A DNA stretch of 63,909 nucleotides, the filler included, from Reticulomyxa filosa (taxonomy: Eukaryota; Protista; Foraminifera), in the NCBI GenBank assembly GCA_000512085.1. It is 18 parts of 18 records of this genome, joined end to end, with 100 filler letters (N's around TTAATTAATTAA, not from the genome) between each part and the next. Parts side by side here need not be neighbours in the genome. Positions count along the whole stretch, not along the records: positions 25,458 to 27,771 come from ASPP01043065.1; positions 27,872 to 29,182 come from ASPP01025046.1; positions 29,283 to 33,516 come from ASPP01004954.1; positions 33,617 to 37,074 come from ASPP01026122.1; positions 37,175 to 38,261 come from ASPP01013164.1; positions 38,362 to 40,315 come from ASPP01004170.1; 12 more parts are not named here. The stretch is one strand, 5' to 3'. Numbering within the stretch: the stretch's first letter is position 1; each line of letters starts with the position of its first letter. Below are positions 26,801-38,669 of the stretch, piece by piece. The notes beneath the pieces are model-generated. The model did no database searches. It saw only the letters and a program-made list of their open reading frames with translations, and was not told the origin of the DNA. The position numbers were made by a program, and so were the translations under genes.

Positions 26801-29284
26801 TTATGACAAACGATGGATATTCAGTGCTTGTATGTGCACAATATGCTGTAAGTATTTCTTTGGTGCAAACATGTCAGAAATAAGTAGTAAGTTATCTAGA
26901 AAAAAACAAAAATTTATATTATTGTGCCAAAGAAACAGTGTTATATCAATAAAATAGCAATACCTTATATTCATTGAAAACTAATAGATTTTGTGTTGAC
27001 TATTCATACGCTTGAAATTCGATAAATAGACAACATTCTTAATGAAATTCAAAGATATGTTGCAATGGTTTTACAAACAAAACATTTTCCATTCAATAAG
27101 TTCATGCCATCATGTCGTGCAAAGTTTTGGTGCTTCAGCTAATAAAACAAAAAAATACGGAAACATAAAGATCGTTTTGTTTACTGCATTTACTTGTTCT
27201 CAAAAGCATGTATTCATATAATATGATGAAATTTTTGTTTTGTTCAAAATTTGTAAACAATAATGCAGAATATTTTGATTATTATATGGAGGTATCTTCC
27301 AAAAAATAACAAATTATATGTCACATTTTGCATTATTTGTTATAAATGTTTTCAAAGGAGTAATCGTAATGGCACTAGCTGAAAAAAAGACAAAAAACCT
27401 TTGAAACATAAATCATCATTTTTTGCAAAGGAAAACAGATGTTTTTCTTCAGAAAAATTTTGATACATTTGAATTCGGGTGAGAGGTATAGCCCCAAATA
27501 AGTTGCAGGACAATATCATATCAACTCGTTTTTATGTGCTCAGCTTGATTCGTTGAAATAATCATAATCATTTATTAACATGAAAAAAAAAAATCTCCCA
27601 AAATGAACTGACGCAAAAAATTACAATTAAATTTATTTAAAAAAAACTTTTCAAAATTTTGCTTAAATGGAATATATACATCATTGTGAGTCCAAAAATA
27701 TATTTTATTTTAATAAAAGTGAATACCATTAGAAAAAATGCACTTTTTTTTTAAGAAAAAATAAAATAAAANNNNNNNNNNNNNNNNNNNNNNNNNNNNN
27801 NNNNNNNNNNNNNNNTTAATTAATTAANNNNNNNNNNNNNNNNNNNNNNNNNNNNNNNNNNNNNNNNNNNNGCAGCTGACTTTCTTTAGCAATCTGGAAA
27901 CTAAAAAAATTATTTTTGAAAATAGTAGTAAATCAGACAATTAATGATAGAGAAAAAAAAAAATATCGAACTGGATCATTTTAAGAAACTTTTTTATTCA
28001 TCAAAACTTTATTTTAAAACATTTATTTATTTTAATGTATTTTCATTCTTTCATTAACATTTGCTTTTTTTTAATAAGACATTTTTTATTTCGCAAAGTG
28101 CAAAGATGCACTTTATCATTTGATGTCCAAAGCACTTTTGATAAATTTTTTAATCATTGTTTAGGGTATACGGGAAAAAATAGATAAATTTTTCCCTTGA
28201 AAGTCTCATGTTAAAAACAAATCAATATTTTGTAGAAAGTTGACTAACTTGTCTAGACTGAAATGTTAAGTGTAATACGAATAGTTTAGTTGCTCTTTGA
28301 GCAATCTCTCAAAAACAAATTAGTTTAAATAAAAGAAGAATATAAACAACAACAAAGAGAATAAGATAGGTTGGAAGAAAAGATAAGTAAGTAAGTAAGT
28401 TGTTGTAAAAAAGAAGTTTCCTGAGCTACGCAGGAACTTCCCTTTATACTATTAGAGCCTTGCTCTACAACTTGTATACGAATTATTCGACATCAAATTA
28501 GAACATTAATTTATTTATGAAACTATTGTAAGTAATATATTTTTTGTAAGTTCTATCAATTAAACTGATACAATCCAAAACAAAAACTTGCACTTATTTT
28601 TGAAAATATGAATTTACATGATTAGAATGTAAAAAAAAAAGAAAAGGAAATCTCTTTCTCTAATCAAGTAGTAGTAGTAGTATATTCTTCTTTGGTCTCT
28701 TAATTATGAAGATATTTTTAATTTTTTTTAATAATACAAAAAAGTATTGATAACAAAAAAGGAAACTTTTTATGAGTGAATTTTTTTGTTTGTAATTGCA
28801 AACTTTGTTAACTGTTCTTTCTAATTATTAAGTTTTTCTTCTTCTTGCATTTGTCCTATTATTAACAACTTTGTGTAAGATAAAAAAAGACATTGTGTTT
28901 GTGTTGAAAAAAGAAAGTGTGTGAAAAAAAGAAGGAGTACTGTTTTTATTACAAAAAAAATTAATATAAAATAAATGAATAGTTATGGTATCCTGCAATG
29001 TTATTTTTTTGGAATCGTGTTATTAATCTATGTTCGACCGACGATGGATTATTTTTTTTTGATCAAAAATAATCCGACGGTATTAAAAAAAAAAAAAAAA
29101 ACTAGCATTGAAATAAAAATATATTGTTAATTTGTTTTTTATTTGATAATTTTTAAATAGATTGCTCCATGCTAATCTTTGANNNNNNNNNNNNNNNNNN
29201 NNNNNNNNNNNNNNNNNNNNNNNNNNTTAATTAATTAANNNNNNNNNNNNNNNNNNNNNNNNNNNNNNNNNNNNNNNNNNNNTT

Positions 29285-29324
<40 letters not shown>

Positions 29325-29334
29325 AATAACATAC

Positions 29335-30833
29335 GTTTCCAAACACTACTTCTTTGACTCTGCTGTCAACGAAAACAATATTTTCAGGCTTCAAATCCGT
29401 GAAAATAATGTTCATTTGATGTAAGACTGTTTATGTTTGCAAAAAAAAAAAAAAAAAAAGTGTATTTGGATCCATTGTTGTGATATATTGATTGTGTTTG
29501 TGTCGAGTGCTAACATTGAACGGCAGTGCATATTTGAAGTGTCAAATCTCGGACAATGGGATCGGGAAAAGGGCAAAATCCATTGTTTGACAAAATGGTG
29601 TACACGGAGGGCCCATACAATTTGAACACAAAGCACGGATGATTGTTCCACACAAAGTACTCTCTCAAATGGATGCAACAACTGAGTGACCATCAAACAT
29701 CGCATTGAAAAACTCGTTTAAAATGTTTGATTGTTTTATATATGTATATGTATATGCATACCTTTTTCCATTGTCCGAGTCCGTTATATGTTGCAATATT
29801 TTCATTTCTGTTTTCGCGGCCTCGATATATCGTGCCGAATTGCGTATCACTTTCAATGCAATATATCTTTGTATAAAACATGCAACTTATCTATAAATGT
29901 TTGCTTTGGGAGAAAAAAAAGCAATGCATGCGACAAACTCAACTTTCCGTTTGTGATATCTGTTGCTTTGAATACCTTTGAAAACGTTCCTTTTTTTATT
30001 TTTATTTTGTTGCATTTTGTTATCTCTCTGTTGTCTTTGTTTTTTTTGTTAGTTTGAAATACCTTGGCCAAGTGTTTCTTTCAGCACGTCTATACGTTAT
30101 TGTTTTATATACATATACATACACATATATATAAATATATATATGTTTATGATATTGGAATCTCTCCAGACCAATAGAGAAAAAAAAAACAAAACAAACA
30201 TCGGTTATGAATCAGGAGCCCCTTTTCAAAATGGATGTACCCTTTTTCATCAATGCGATCTGAACACAGAAAATCATCGTCTAAATAAAGAACGAAAAGG
30301 GGGAGAAAAAAAAAAAGCAGCTGATAACATTGAGGAATTTTTTGTAAATTCCATTTTTTGATTATTTGTTTTTGCATTCGTTTAGCAAATTCTTCTGCGT
30401 CACTTTGAGGTTCAACAAGAAGATCAGTAGAAGATGAGGTCAATGTCGTCGCCATATATTGTTGCTGCTGTTGTTGCTGTTGTTGATATTGTTGATGTTG
30501 CTGCTGTTGCTGCTGTTGCTGCTGTTGCTGCTGTTGTTGTAGGAAATAAAAATTTGCAGGGTTTCCTAAATTTGCATCACTTTTGTATTGCGCTTTGATA
30601 TATTGATGATCACTATTTTCGTCCTTTCCATTTTCCATCCTTACCATCACTTCGTCCATTGCTTTCATCTTTTTTGTACTGTTGGTTGCTTCTTCGCTCT
30701 TTTGTTTCACATTACTGGAGATCATTCTTGTGTCTGTGTTATTTACCCAAATCGGCTGGGGGTTTGGCTGCCAGAACAACACTTCGTCTCTTCTCAACAT
30801 CGTCTTGTTTTCCTTTTGCGGGTCGGTGGCCAT
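29335..30833 (-). CDS. CLK/LAMMER-family dual-specificity kinase with poly-Q N-terminus (3'-truncated)
   Basis: DEKGYIHFEKGLLIHNR, LGQ/GTFSKV, IALKVIRNSARYIEAAKTEMKIL, CCIHLREYFVWNNHPCFVFKLYGPSVY...FCPFP, FLHQMNIIFTDLKPENIVF; poly-Q at about 30460-30540; likely ATG at 30833. Confidence 0.9.
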
Positions 30834-31401
30834 TCTGTCCAAACAAAAAACTTTGCACGTTACAACATTTTTAATGATCTTCTGTCTGTCGTTCACAAAA
30901 ATGTTACATGATCTTACTTGATATATCTGATGCCGAATTTTTTTTTTTGTCTGACTGATTATGGCGCAATTATTAATGTTGAGGGGAGAAATCAAACTCC
31001 TCGTTCTCTCAAACGAGTTTTTGAACACTGTGCTCCCTAAATACTTTAGGAATTGCAATATTGCTCATCGATTTTTTTACAAGTTTTGTAGTTTTAATCT
31101 CTTTTTCAATAAAGCTTATTTTCAAATTTGCGAACCTTAAAGAAAAAAATTCTTTTTAACGATAACTGCCAGAAAAAAAAGATATTGCAAACTGTACTAA
31201 TTTTGCATCCAGAAAACAAATGCAAAAATTCTTTTTTTTCATTGTTGTTATATGTTTTGTCTGATGAAGATAGTTATGATCCAAATAAAGTATTGATCAT
31301 TAACATATGATTTGAAACAACCAACGGCTGAAAGCAAAGAAGTTTGTAAATCAAATACTCTGCTTGAGATGGATATGAAAAGCATAGAAGAAGTTATAGG
31401 T

Positions 31402-31782
31402 TCATTTTTTTCCATCTTTTTCTTTGGTTTGTGTTGATGGTTGTTTTTGCCCGTATTGAAAATATCCAGTGGACCATTGGCATTGAGACATTTTACAAAA
31501 TGCTCGAGATGCTTGTGACTCTTCCCATCCGATACCGGCACCCATTCCAGCAGAAAAGATCAACGTAAAGGATCGAAGACAACGCCATCCTATAGTTTTG
31601 TTGTAATATGCTTTGGACCTTTCTTTCCACAACGGAAAAAACTAAAAATCTTAACGGAGAAAAATGAGACCTCCAACCAGTCCTATTCCTCCTCCAATTA
31701 GTGTTTTTTGCCCGATAGTTGTTGCAATATTCTTCCAATTTGTCCATTTGTCATCTTTAGTAGGAACTTTTGCTTCTGTCAT
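31402..31782 (-). CDS. MICOS10: MICOS complex subunit Mic10 (two exons, 104 aa)
   Basis: Exons 31656-31782 and 31402-31589 with GT-AG intron 31590-31655 give MTEAKVPTKDDKWTNWKNIATTIGQKTLIGGGIGLVGGLIFL-RWRCLR-SFTLIFSAGMGAGIGWEES...; two Gly-rich TMs around a basic loop is the Mic10 architecture. Confidence 0.82.
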
Positions 31783-32457
31783 TGCCACCAAAGTCAGCAG
31801 ATAATGAATTTATAAATGAACAAAAAATTTAACCCTGGTTTGTTAACGTCTTACCACAAGCACTTTAACTTTAAAATTGTCATTATTCAATTGTTTAGTT
31901 ATTGAAATTTCACAAGAGCAAAATTTACGCTTTGGCAACCGTACTCGCTTTTTATAAACTATTTTAAAAATAATTAAAGTAATATCTTGCATAATGCTTT
32001 AGCATTTCAAACTTTGCAAGCACATCTAATATTTTATCTTTTGATAAGTCTTTGACAAAAAAAGATTAATAAAATGGAATAATGCATATGTGTTAATATT
32101 ATCACAACAATTACAATTGACGGCAGTGCGTCCGCGATATGTTAGAAAATAAAAATTTTGAAAGTATTTAAATTCAAAAAAAATTAATTTTGAGAGGTAA
32201 TTGAATTATGATTCAAAGTGGATTTTGCATCGTATTGTCTTATCTAGAGTAGTTTGGAGATAATGCAAAATTAAACTTACAATTGCTACCTGTCTATTTT
32301 TTCAACGGAAGTAATTATATAAGGGTTGTACAATTACTTTGATCAAAAGTATATATATTATAACAAAAAAGGCTAACGTTGTAGCTAAACGAGACAGTAC
32401 GTCCTTAAAGACAAAAACAAAACAAAAAAAAGGGTAATTCCCAAAAAGTTTTGAAGA

Positions 32458-33431
32458 ATGAAGAAAATGGGCCCAGTTATTTCTGCTGTGGGAGGTTGGT
32501 GTCTACTGGGGCTTGGATTTTTGCTTGGATTATTATTTTTCATTGTTCAAGGTTATTTCTTCAACAAAAGAAGAAACCACACTGCCATCAAACTACGAAG
32601 ACCAATTTTTTCAACAATTCATTTAACAAACGGATTAGTATTTTCATGGATAGTAATTCCTTTAATTTGCACACTATCCTCACAAGTTTATGCGTGGTAT
32701 TTTTTGAGGATATGTTGTATCCATATTTGGTTTTGGACATGTATTGTAAGGTAATAACAACAATAAAATTTTTTGTATTATTTATGCGAATCTTCGTAAA
32801 ACAGACTTTTTTTGGCATATTTTATGGAATGTATGTGACAAATTTTTTTTGGCATAGTAAACAAAACAAAAAAGAGCAATAGTGAGGGGTGCAAGAGTAT
32901 CCCAAGGGGAAAAAAAACACTGATCACCTTAGTGCTTACCTTTTTTTTTTTTTTTTTTTTCTCTTTGTATTTGTAAAAAAAAAACTGGTGATTTGATATG
33001 AACAAAACAAATAACGATATAAAGATATTGGGTACTGTATTTCGATCATCAATTTGCGATAGTAATGAAAATTGGATCAACAAGTGGAAAAATAGGCAAA
33101 ATGCCTTTGAAAGGTAACATAGTGAATAAATCGGAATCACCCCCTCGACGTCGTAGCGTCAAAAGGCAATGGAGCAATGACTATCAAAAAAACTTCAAAG
33201 GGCCAAAAACTTTTGTGGTTGTCACAGGCATTTATGGTGGTCTAAGCGTGCTTAGTATCATTATCACTTATTTTTGGAGCAACAGTAGCTTGCTCACACT
33301 CGAAACTATTTTCTTGGTCGAATGTGTGTTGCCCGTCATTTTTTTATGTTTGGGAACTTATTCGGTCTGGACTATTTATGAAAATTGGAAAATTCGAGAC
33401 GAACTTCTTGTTACTTTCTTCTGTACCATAA
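32458..33431 (+). CDS. Multi-pass membrane protein, probable 7TM-RGS-type receptor N-terminal half (3'-truncated)
   Basis: TM1 followed by KRRNHTAIKLRRP, then IVR/YWVLYFD across intron 32751-33024, more TMs and IYENWKIRDEL, as in 7TM-RGS proteins. No RGS box is present in the contig. Confidence 0.55.
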
Positions 33432-35129
33432 GTGAGCAATTGCTATTTGTTTCTTATTTGTGTTTGCTTTTCTAATTTGATGATCTCCCTCCTCTTTTTT
33501 TTTTTTTTTTTTTTTTNNNNNNNNNNNNNNNNNNNNNNNNNNNNNNNNNNNNNNNNNNNNTTAATTAATTAANNNNNNNNNNNNNNNNNNNNNNNNNNNN
33601 NNNNNNNNNNNNNNNNTTTTTCGAATGATGTTCTTGTTTTGAGTGTATTGAGTATACACTAATTATTTTTTTCTTCTTCGGTGATTGTTGCATTTTGCAG
33701 AGGAGAGCATTGGTGAAGGAACTCCAAGAGCAAGTTCCATGTTGTAGAATTTTACTTTGTTAGGTTGTTTGAAGAGAAGAGCAAAAACCACAGTTTTAAT
33801 GTCCAAGAGAGTTTTTTCTAAAAAGGGAAAACTTTTTCACTTCAACAGAAAAATCATTACTCAAGGAAAAATAATTAATCATTCCAAAAAAACAATTATC
33901 TGAATTAATCCGTTTTTTGGAATCACAATTGTAGAAATACAAAAATTTTAACAATTCTTTTTTTCAATTTTTTTTGTAAAAAATGTCAAAATATTCAAAA
34001 TAATTACAAATTTACATCTTTTTTAATAAACATTTATGAGTTGTCCAGCTATGTCTTAATGAAAACAAAAAGGTCTTTTTTTTTTTTTTGGTTGTGTCTC
34101 TCTCGTCGTACCAGCTCGTAATTAGGGTGATTTCACACTCTTCCACTGGTATTTCTTTTTTGTTTTTTTATAATTTTTCAACTTAAAGAAAAAATGGTTT
34201 TTTTCAACAGACTGTCCACTTTGAAAAAATGGTTTTTTTATTTGGATGCTTTGCATCCTTCAACAAAAGAAAAAGAAAATGGGGTAAGGCCCCCCGTCTC
34301 CTCAAGGAGAAAATATGGTTTGTTAAATCTTTTTTTTTTTTTTTGCATAATGACATAATGTGTTTTTTCCATTACAGCTGCAGCCCTCTGTCAAAAAAAA
34401 AACAAAAAAATTATACGTTCCAATCCAAAGAAAAATTTCGGGGTTGAAGCCATACCCGTATTCAATAAAAAATGAAAAGGTTAATTTTTTTATTTTATTT
34501 TATTTTAATAAAAAGTATACGTGTGTTTGTGAATAGGCATACCCCCAGCAAAAAAAAAAAATTTGTTCCCCCTCCCCATGCAAAGGAAAAAAGATTGGAA
34601 TTGGAGCTTTTAGTTCCACGGTCAAGTTTTGTTGTTTTTTTTTAAAAAAAAAGAAAAATTATTTTACTTTGTGAATCTGTTTATAGGAGTCCAGATCAAT
34701 ATTGGAAATTTTTTTTATTTTTATTTTTTATGTTTTATTTTATTATTTTATTTGAAAGTTGGGGGAAAAGAGAAATGTAGGGAAAAAAACGGATGGGAAA
34801 AAAGATTGGGAAAAAAGATTGGGAAAAAATTTATGTGAAAAGAGGGTGGGGAAAAAATGAAGGGGAAAAAATGGTGGGGGAAAATTTTTATTTGTTAAAA
34901 AGAAAAAAATGAGAAAATTAAAAAAGAAATAATGAAGAAATTTAAAAATAAAAAAATGACAATTTGCAAAAATGAAAAAAGATTAAAATGAGAAATGAAG
35001 AAAAAAAAGAAAAAAAAAAGAGAAAAAAATGAAAGGGAAAAAGGGGATGAAATGAAGAATAATAAAGAAAAATGAAAAAAATAAGAAGAAAAAGAAAATA
35101 AGAAAAAGAACAACAACAGCAACAACAGT

Positions 35130-37074
35130 TTGGGCGAGGAGAGGAATCTCTCGTATCGTGTACGTGCGCGTATGCGCAACTTTGGTCTTTGGTGCATGTG
35201 GTGATGATAGAAGTCAGTAGCTTGCATTTGTCGAATATTGCCAATTATCTTCGTGGAAATGCATGTGTTCATTCGACAATGCCGAAGTGTGTCAATCAGC
35301 ACAATGTCGACGATACAGATGGGCTTTGTGCAATACTCTATTAGTTCAATACCGGATAATTTGATCTTAGTGTCGCCATGACAAAAGCAAGTTCGCCAAG
35401 AGAAAAAAAAGAATTTGGTGAAAAAGTTGTGCCAATACCAGCAACCAAGAAGAGGAAAATGATGAAAAGAATAAAGATAATCTATAGGCAATATCGCGTT
35501 GGATTGTTTTAAAAAACTCGTCTGCTGGCTTTCTTAGTTTGGTAATGGAATTTCTCTTTATTCGGTAACTTGCAAAATCACCACTCGCGGGCGTGGACTA
35601 ACTTTAAATAGCGCCACAATAGAAAGTGCAAAGCAAGTGTGGTAGCCGGAAATACTTGTTTACCATAACATAGTTGCGCACAGGTTTCTTCGAATAATTA
35701 TTGGATTATCAAAGCACCAAAGACAGCGTCGAACTGCGATCTACCAACAACAATGGAAACTCAGTCGTAATGAAATGGGGCAAATTGTATCAAATCAGGA
35801 AAACAATAGAAATTGGTGATGTGCGCACATTCGCAAATTTGGATTTTAGCCTTTGCATAGGAGAAATCTTAGTAACGAATACGCCCAATAATAAAAATAA
35901 ATGAATAAATAAGAATTGGGAGAATGTTTCATATAATGATGGTTCAACTCGGTGGATGAATTGTGCGAAGGTCCGCAAGACATTGGGAAGCAAGAAGATG
36001 GATACAATGAAGACGAAAAGAAGAAAGGTAAAATCGAAATAATATCGCGCTGGGTCTGTTTTTTTTTATAAAAAAAACTTGTGTGCCAGATTTACTGATT
36101 GTGGTTATGTACTAGTTCTTCACGCTCGTGAGTATAGACTTTGCATGTTTCCAATACCTTCCCATCAACGAACGAGCGCGATAACTCGAACAATGGAAAA
36201 GAAATAGTTTGCCATCAACTGATGTGCAAACAAGTCTACGCGGATAATTGTCGGCGTGGGACAGCGCCAAAGATTGCATCAAACTTTGATCAACCAGCAT
36301 CAACGAACAAGTGAATAGACGCCGTTATGAAAATTACATTTCGATTGTTGGTGACAGCTTTATCAACACATGACGATATTGTGAACTCATATCAAAATTT
36401 ATTGTATGCGTACGCACATTCGCAATTTCGAATTTTGATCCGTGCACATGCCGATGGAAGGAATCGCCAGCAACGAATTCGTCCAAGAATGGAAAAAAAA
36501 AAAGAATGTTATTCTTTTATTAAATTGCCAATTGAAGCATTGGATGTACGAAAATGCCCGCGCAAAGTGTGTCTCTCATCAAAAGGGAGACGATTTTTTT
36601 CAAGCGCAAAGTCCATCCGCTCTCGTGAAACAGCCAAACAAGATTTTTCTCAGATCAATCCCAGAAAGTTGGATCTTGTTGCAGCCACACGACGAAAGAA
36701 AGAAAGCTCACTAAGAAGAACAAAAAAGAAAAAGGTATTGACACGCGCAAAGCGGAAAAAATGGTATCGCAATATCAACAGAGAAGAATTGGAAAGAGAT
36801 GAAAAAAAGAACGTGGAACTTGTTAGTAAATACGTATTCATTGCGATCGAGAAAGCCACTACATTGGGAGAACATTCCATGTGAAAGTGGTTCAACCTGG
36901 TGGAGAAATTGTGCGAAACTCCGTGAAGACATTGTCAACCAAGAAGATAAATATAAGGAGGAGGATGAAGATAAAGAAATAGAATATCGAAAGTATATCT
37001 CGTTGGACCTGTTAAAAAAAAACAAACAAACCCGCCTGCCCAGATGTACTGAATGTGGTTATGTACTGTCTCTT
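35130..37074 (+). pseudogene. Heavily frameshifted pseudogene with internal direct duplication
   Basis: 35940-36113 is similar to 36888-37067 (WFNxVxxLCE.P.DI..QED.Y...SRW...PDxLxVVMY). A motif xAHSQ/AYAQ recurs at about 35165, 35820 and 36408. All frames have many stops. Confidence 0.55.
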
Positions 37075-37432
37075 NNNNNNNNNNNNNNNNNNNNNNNNNN
37101 NNNNNNNNNNNNNNNNNNTTAATTAATTAANNNNNNNNNNNNNNNNNNNNNNNNNNNNNNNNNNNNNNNNNNNNTGCTGACACTGAGAAATTCCACTTTA
37201 AAAGTAAATTGATGAAAATTCTTACACCATTGAAAAAAAGAAATAGCCACTTTTATGTTCAACAAAACCAAATTTAAAAAAAGGATATTTTACTTTTTAT
37301 GTTTCGAAGAAAGTTGGCTATTCATATCAAGATTTCAAAAAGAAGAAAGTAAATAGTTTTCTTACGGGTCGTATCCTTTTGAATAATATTTTGTAATTGT
37401 TGGGTTATTTTCAAATAATTCAAAATATAAAA

Positions 37433-38143
37433 ATGAAATTTGTAGTCGTAACTGGAGGAGTAGTGTCTGGAATAGGAAAAGGAATAACAGCATCGTCCAT
37501 TGGAAGAATTTTGAAAGAATGTAACTTGAAAGTGACAGCGATTAAAATTGACCCTTACCTAAACATTGACGCAGGTGCACTTATTTGGAGAGGGAAGCCG
37601 AAAAAAGAGAGAAGCAGGGAGGACAAGAGATAACGGTTTAAATAGGACCAAGAAGACTGCAAAATAAACAATAAAAGTCTGACAAAGCAAAACGAAAGAA
37701 ATGAAATAACAATAGGAACAATGTCCCCTTACGAGCATGGTGAAGTGTATGTATTGGACGACGGGGGTGAAGTGGACCTTGATTTGGGGAACTACGAAAG
37801 GTTTTTGGACGTTCGATTAACAAAAGATCACAACATTACTACTGGGAAAATTTACAAGCATGTTTTGGATTTGGAGAGACAAGGTTTTAACATTTATCTA
37901 CAATACGAAAAAAAAAAAAAGGGGGGGGAGGGGGAAGCAAAAAAAAAAAAAAAAAAGTTTTGACAATGAATGTCTATATACATATAACAACAACACAGGT
38001 GGTTATTTAGGGAAAACAGTTCAAATGATTCCTCACGTTACTGACGCCACAAAGAACTGGATCACTCGAGTATCTCAAGTGGATGTGGACGGATCAAATC
38101 AATCTCCTGACGTTTGCATCATCGAATTGGGTGGCACTGTTGG
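37433..38143 (+). CDS. CTPS: CTP synthase, N-terminal synthase domain (3 exons, 3'-truncated)
   Basis: [24 protein letters not shown]...[40 protein letters not shown]...HNITTGKIY...[16 protein letters not shown]...IIELGGTVG. Confidence 0.98.
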
Positions 38144-38669
38144 TGCGCTTTGTGCTTTCGTACACAAGAGACATTTTGTTGTTGTTGTTGTTGTTATTGT
38201 TGTTGGATAACATTTAATTGGGTTGGTTTGATTTTGGAAAAGGGGGCAGGGAACAAAAAAANNNNNNNNNNNNNNNNNNNNNNNNNNNNNNNNNNNNNNN
38301 NNNNNTTAATTAATTAANNNNNNNNNNNNNNNNNNNNNNNNNNNNNNNNNNNNNNNNNNNNAAAAAAGAAGGAAAAAAATGATAAAAAAGATTGTAAAAA
38401 ATGATAAAAAAGAAGGAAAAAAAATGAGAAAAAAGATGGGAAAAAATGATAAAAAAGGAAAAAATTGGAAAAATTAGAAAAATTTTATTTGAGAAAAAAG
38501 AAAAAAATTAAAAATGAGAAAATAAAAAAGAAAGAAAAAAGATTTACAAATATTGAAATGAAAAAAAGAAAAAAAAAAAAGGAAAAAACATTAAAAAATG
38601 AGAAATGGAAAGGGGAGGGTAATTGAAAAAGAAAAATGCGCTATTGCGCATCGTCGAAGCCGGTCGACG

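Noticed and set aside
25458-27771. Possible Kelch-family pseudogene fragments
   Set aside because: Only a faint resemblance in one short ORF (25828-26097); no repeat motif could be reconstructed.
37433-38143. CTP synthase as bacterial pyrG contamination or transfer
   Set aside because: It has GT-AG introns in the host style and a eukaryote-type sequence ([22 protein letters not shown]).
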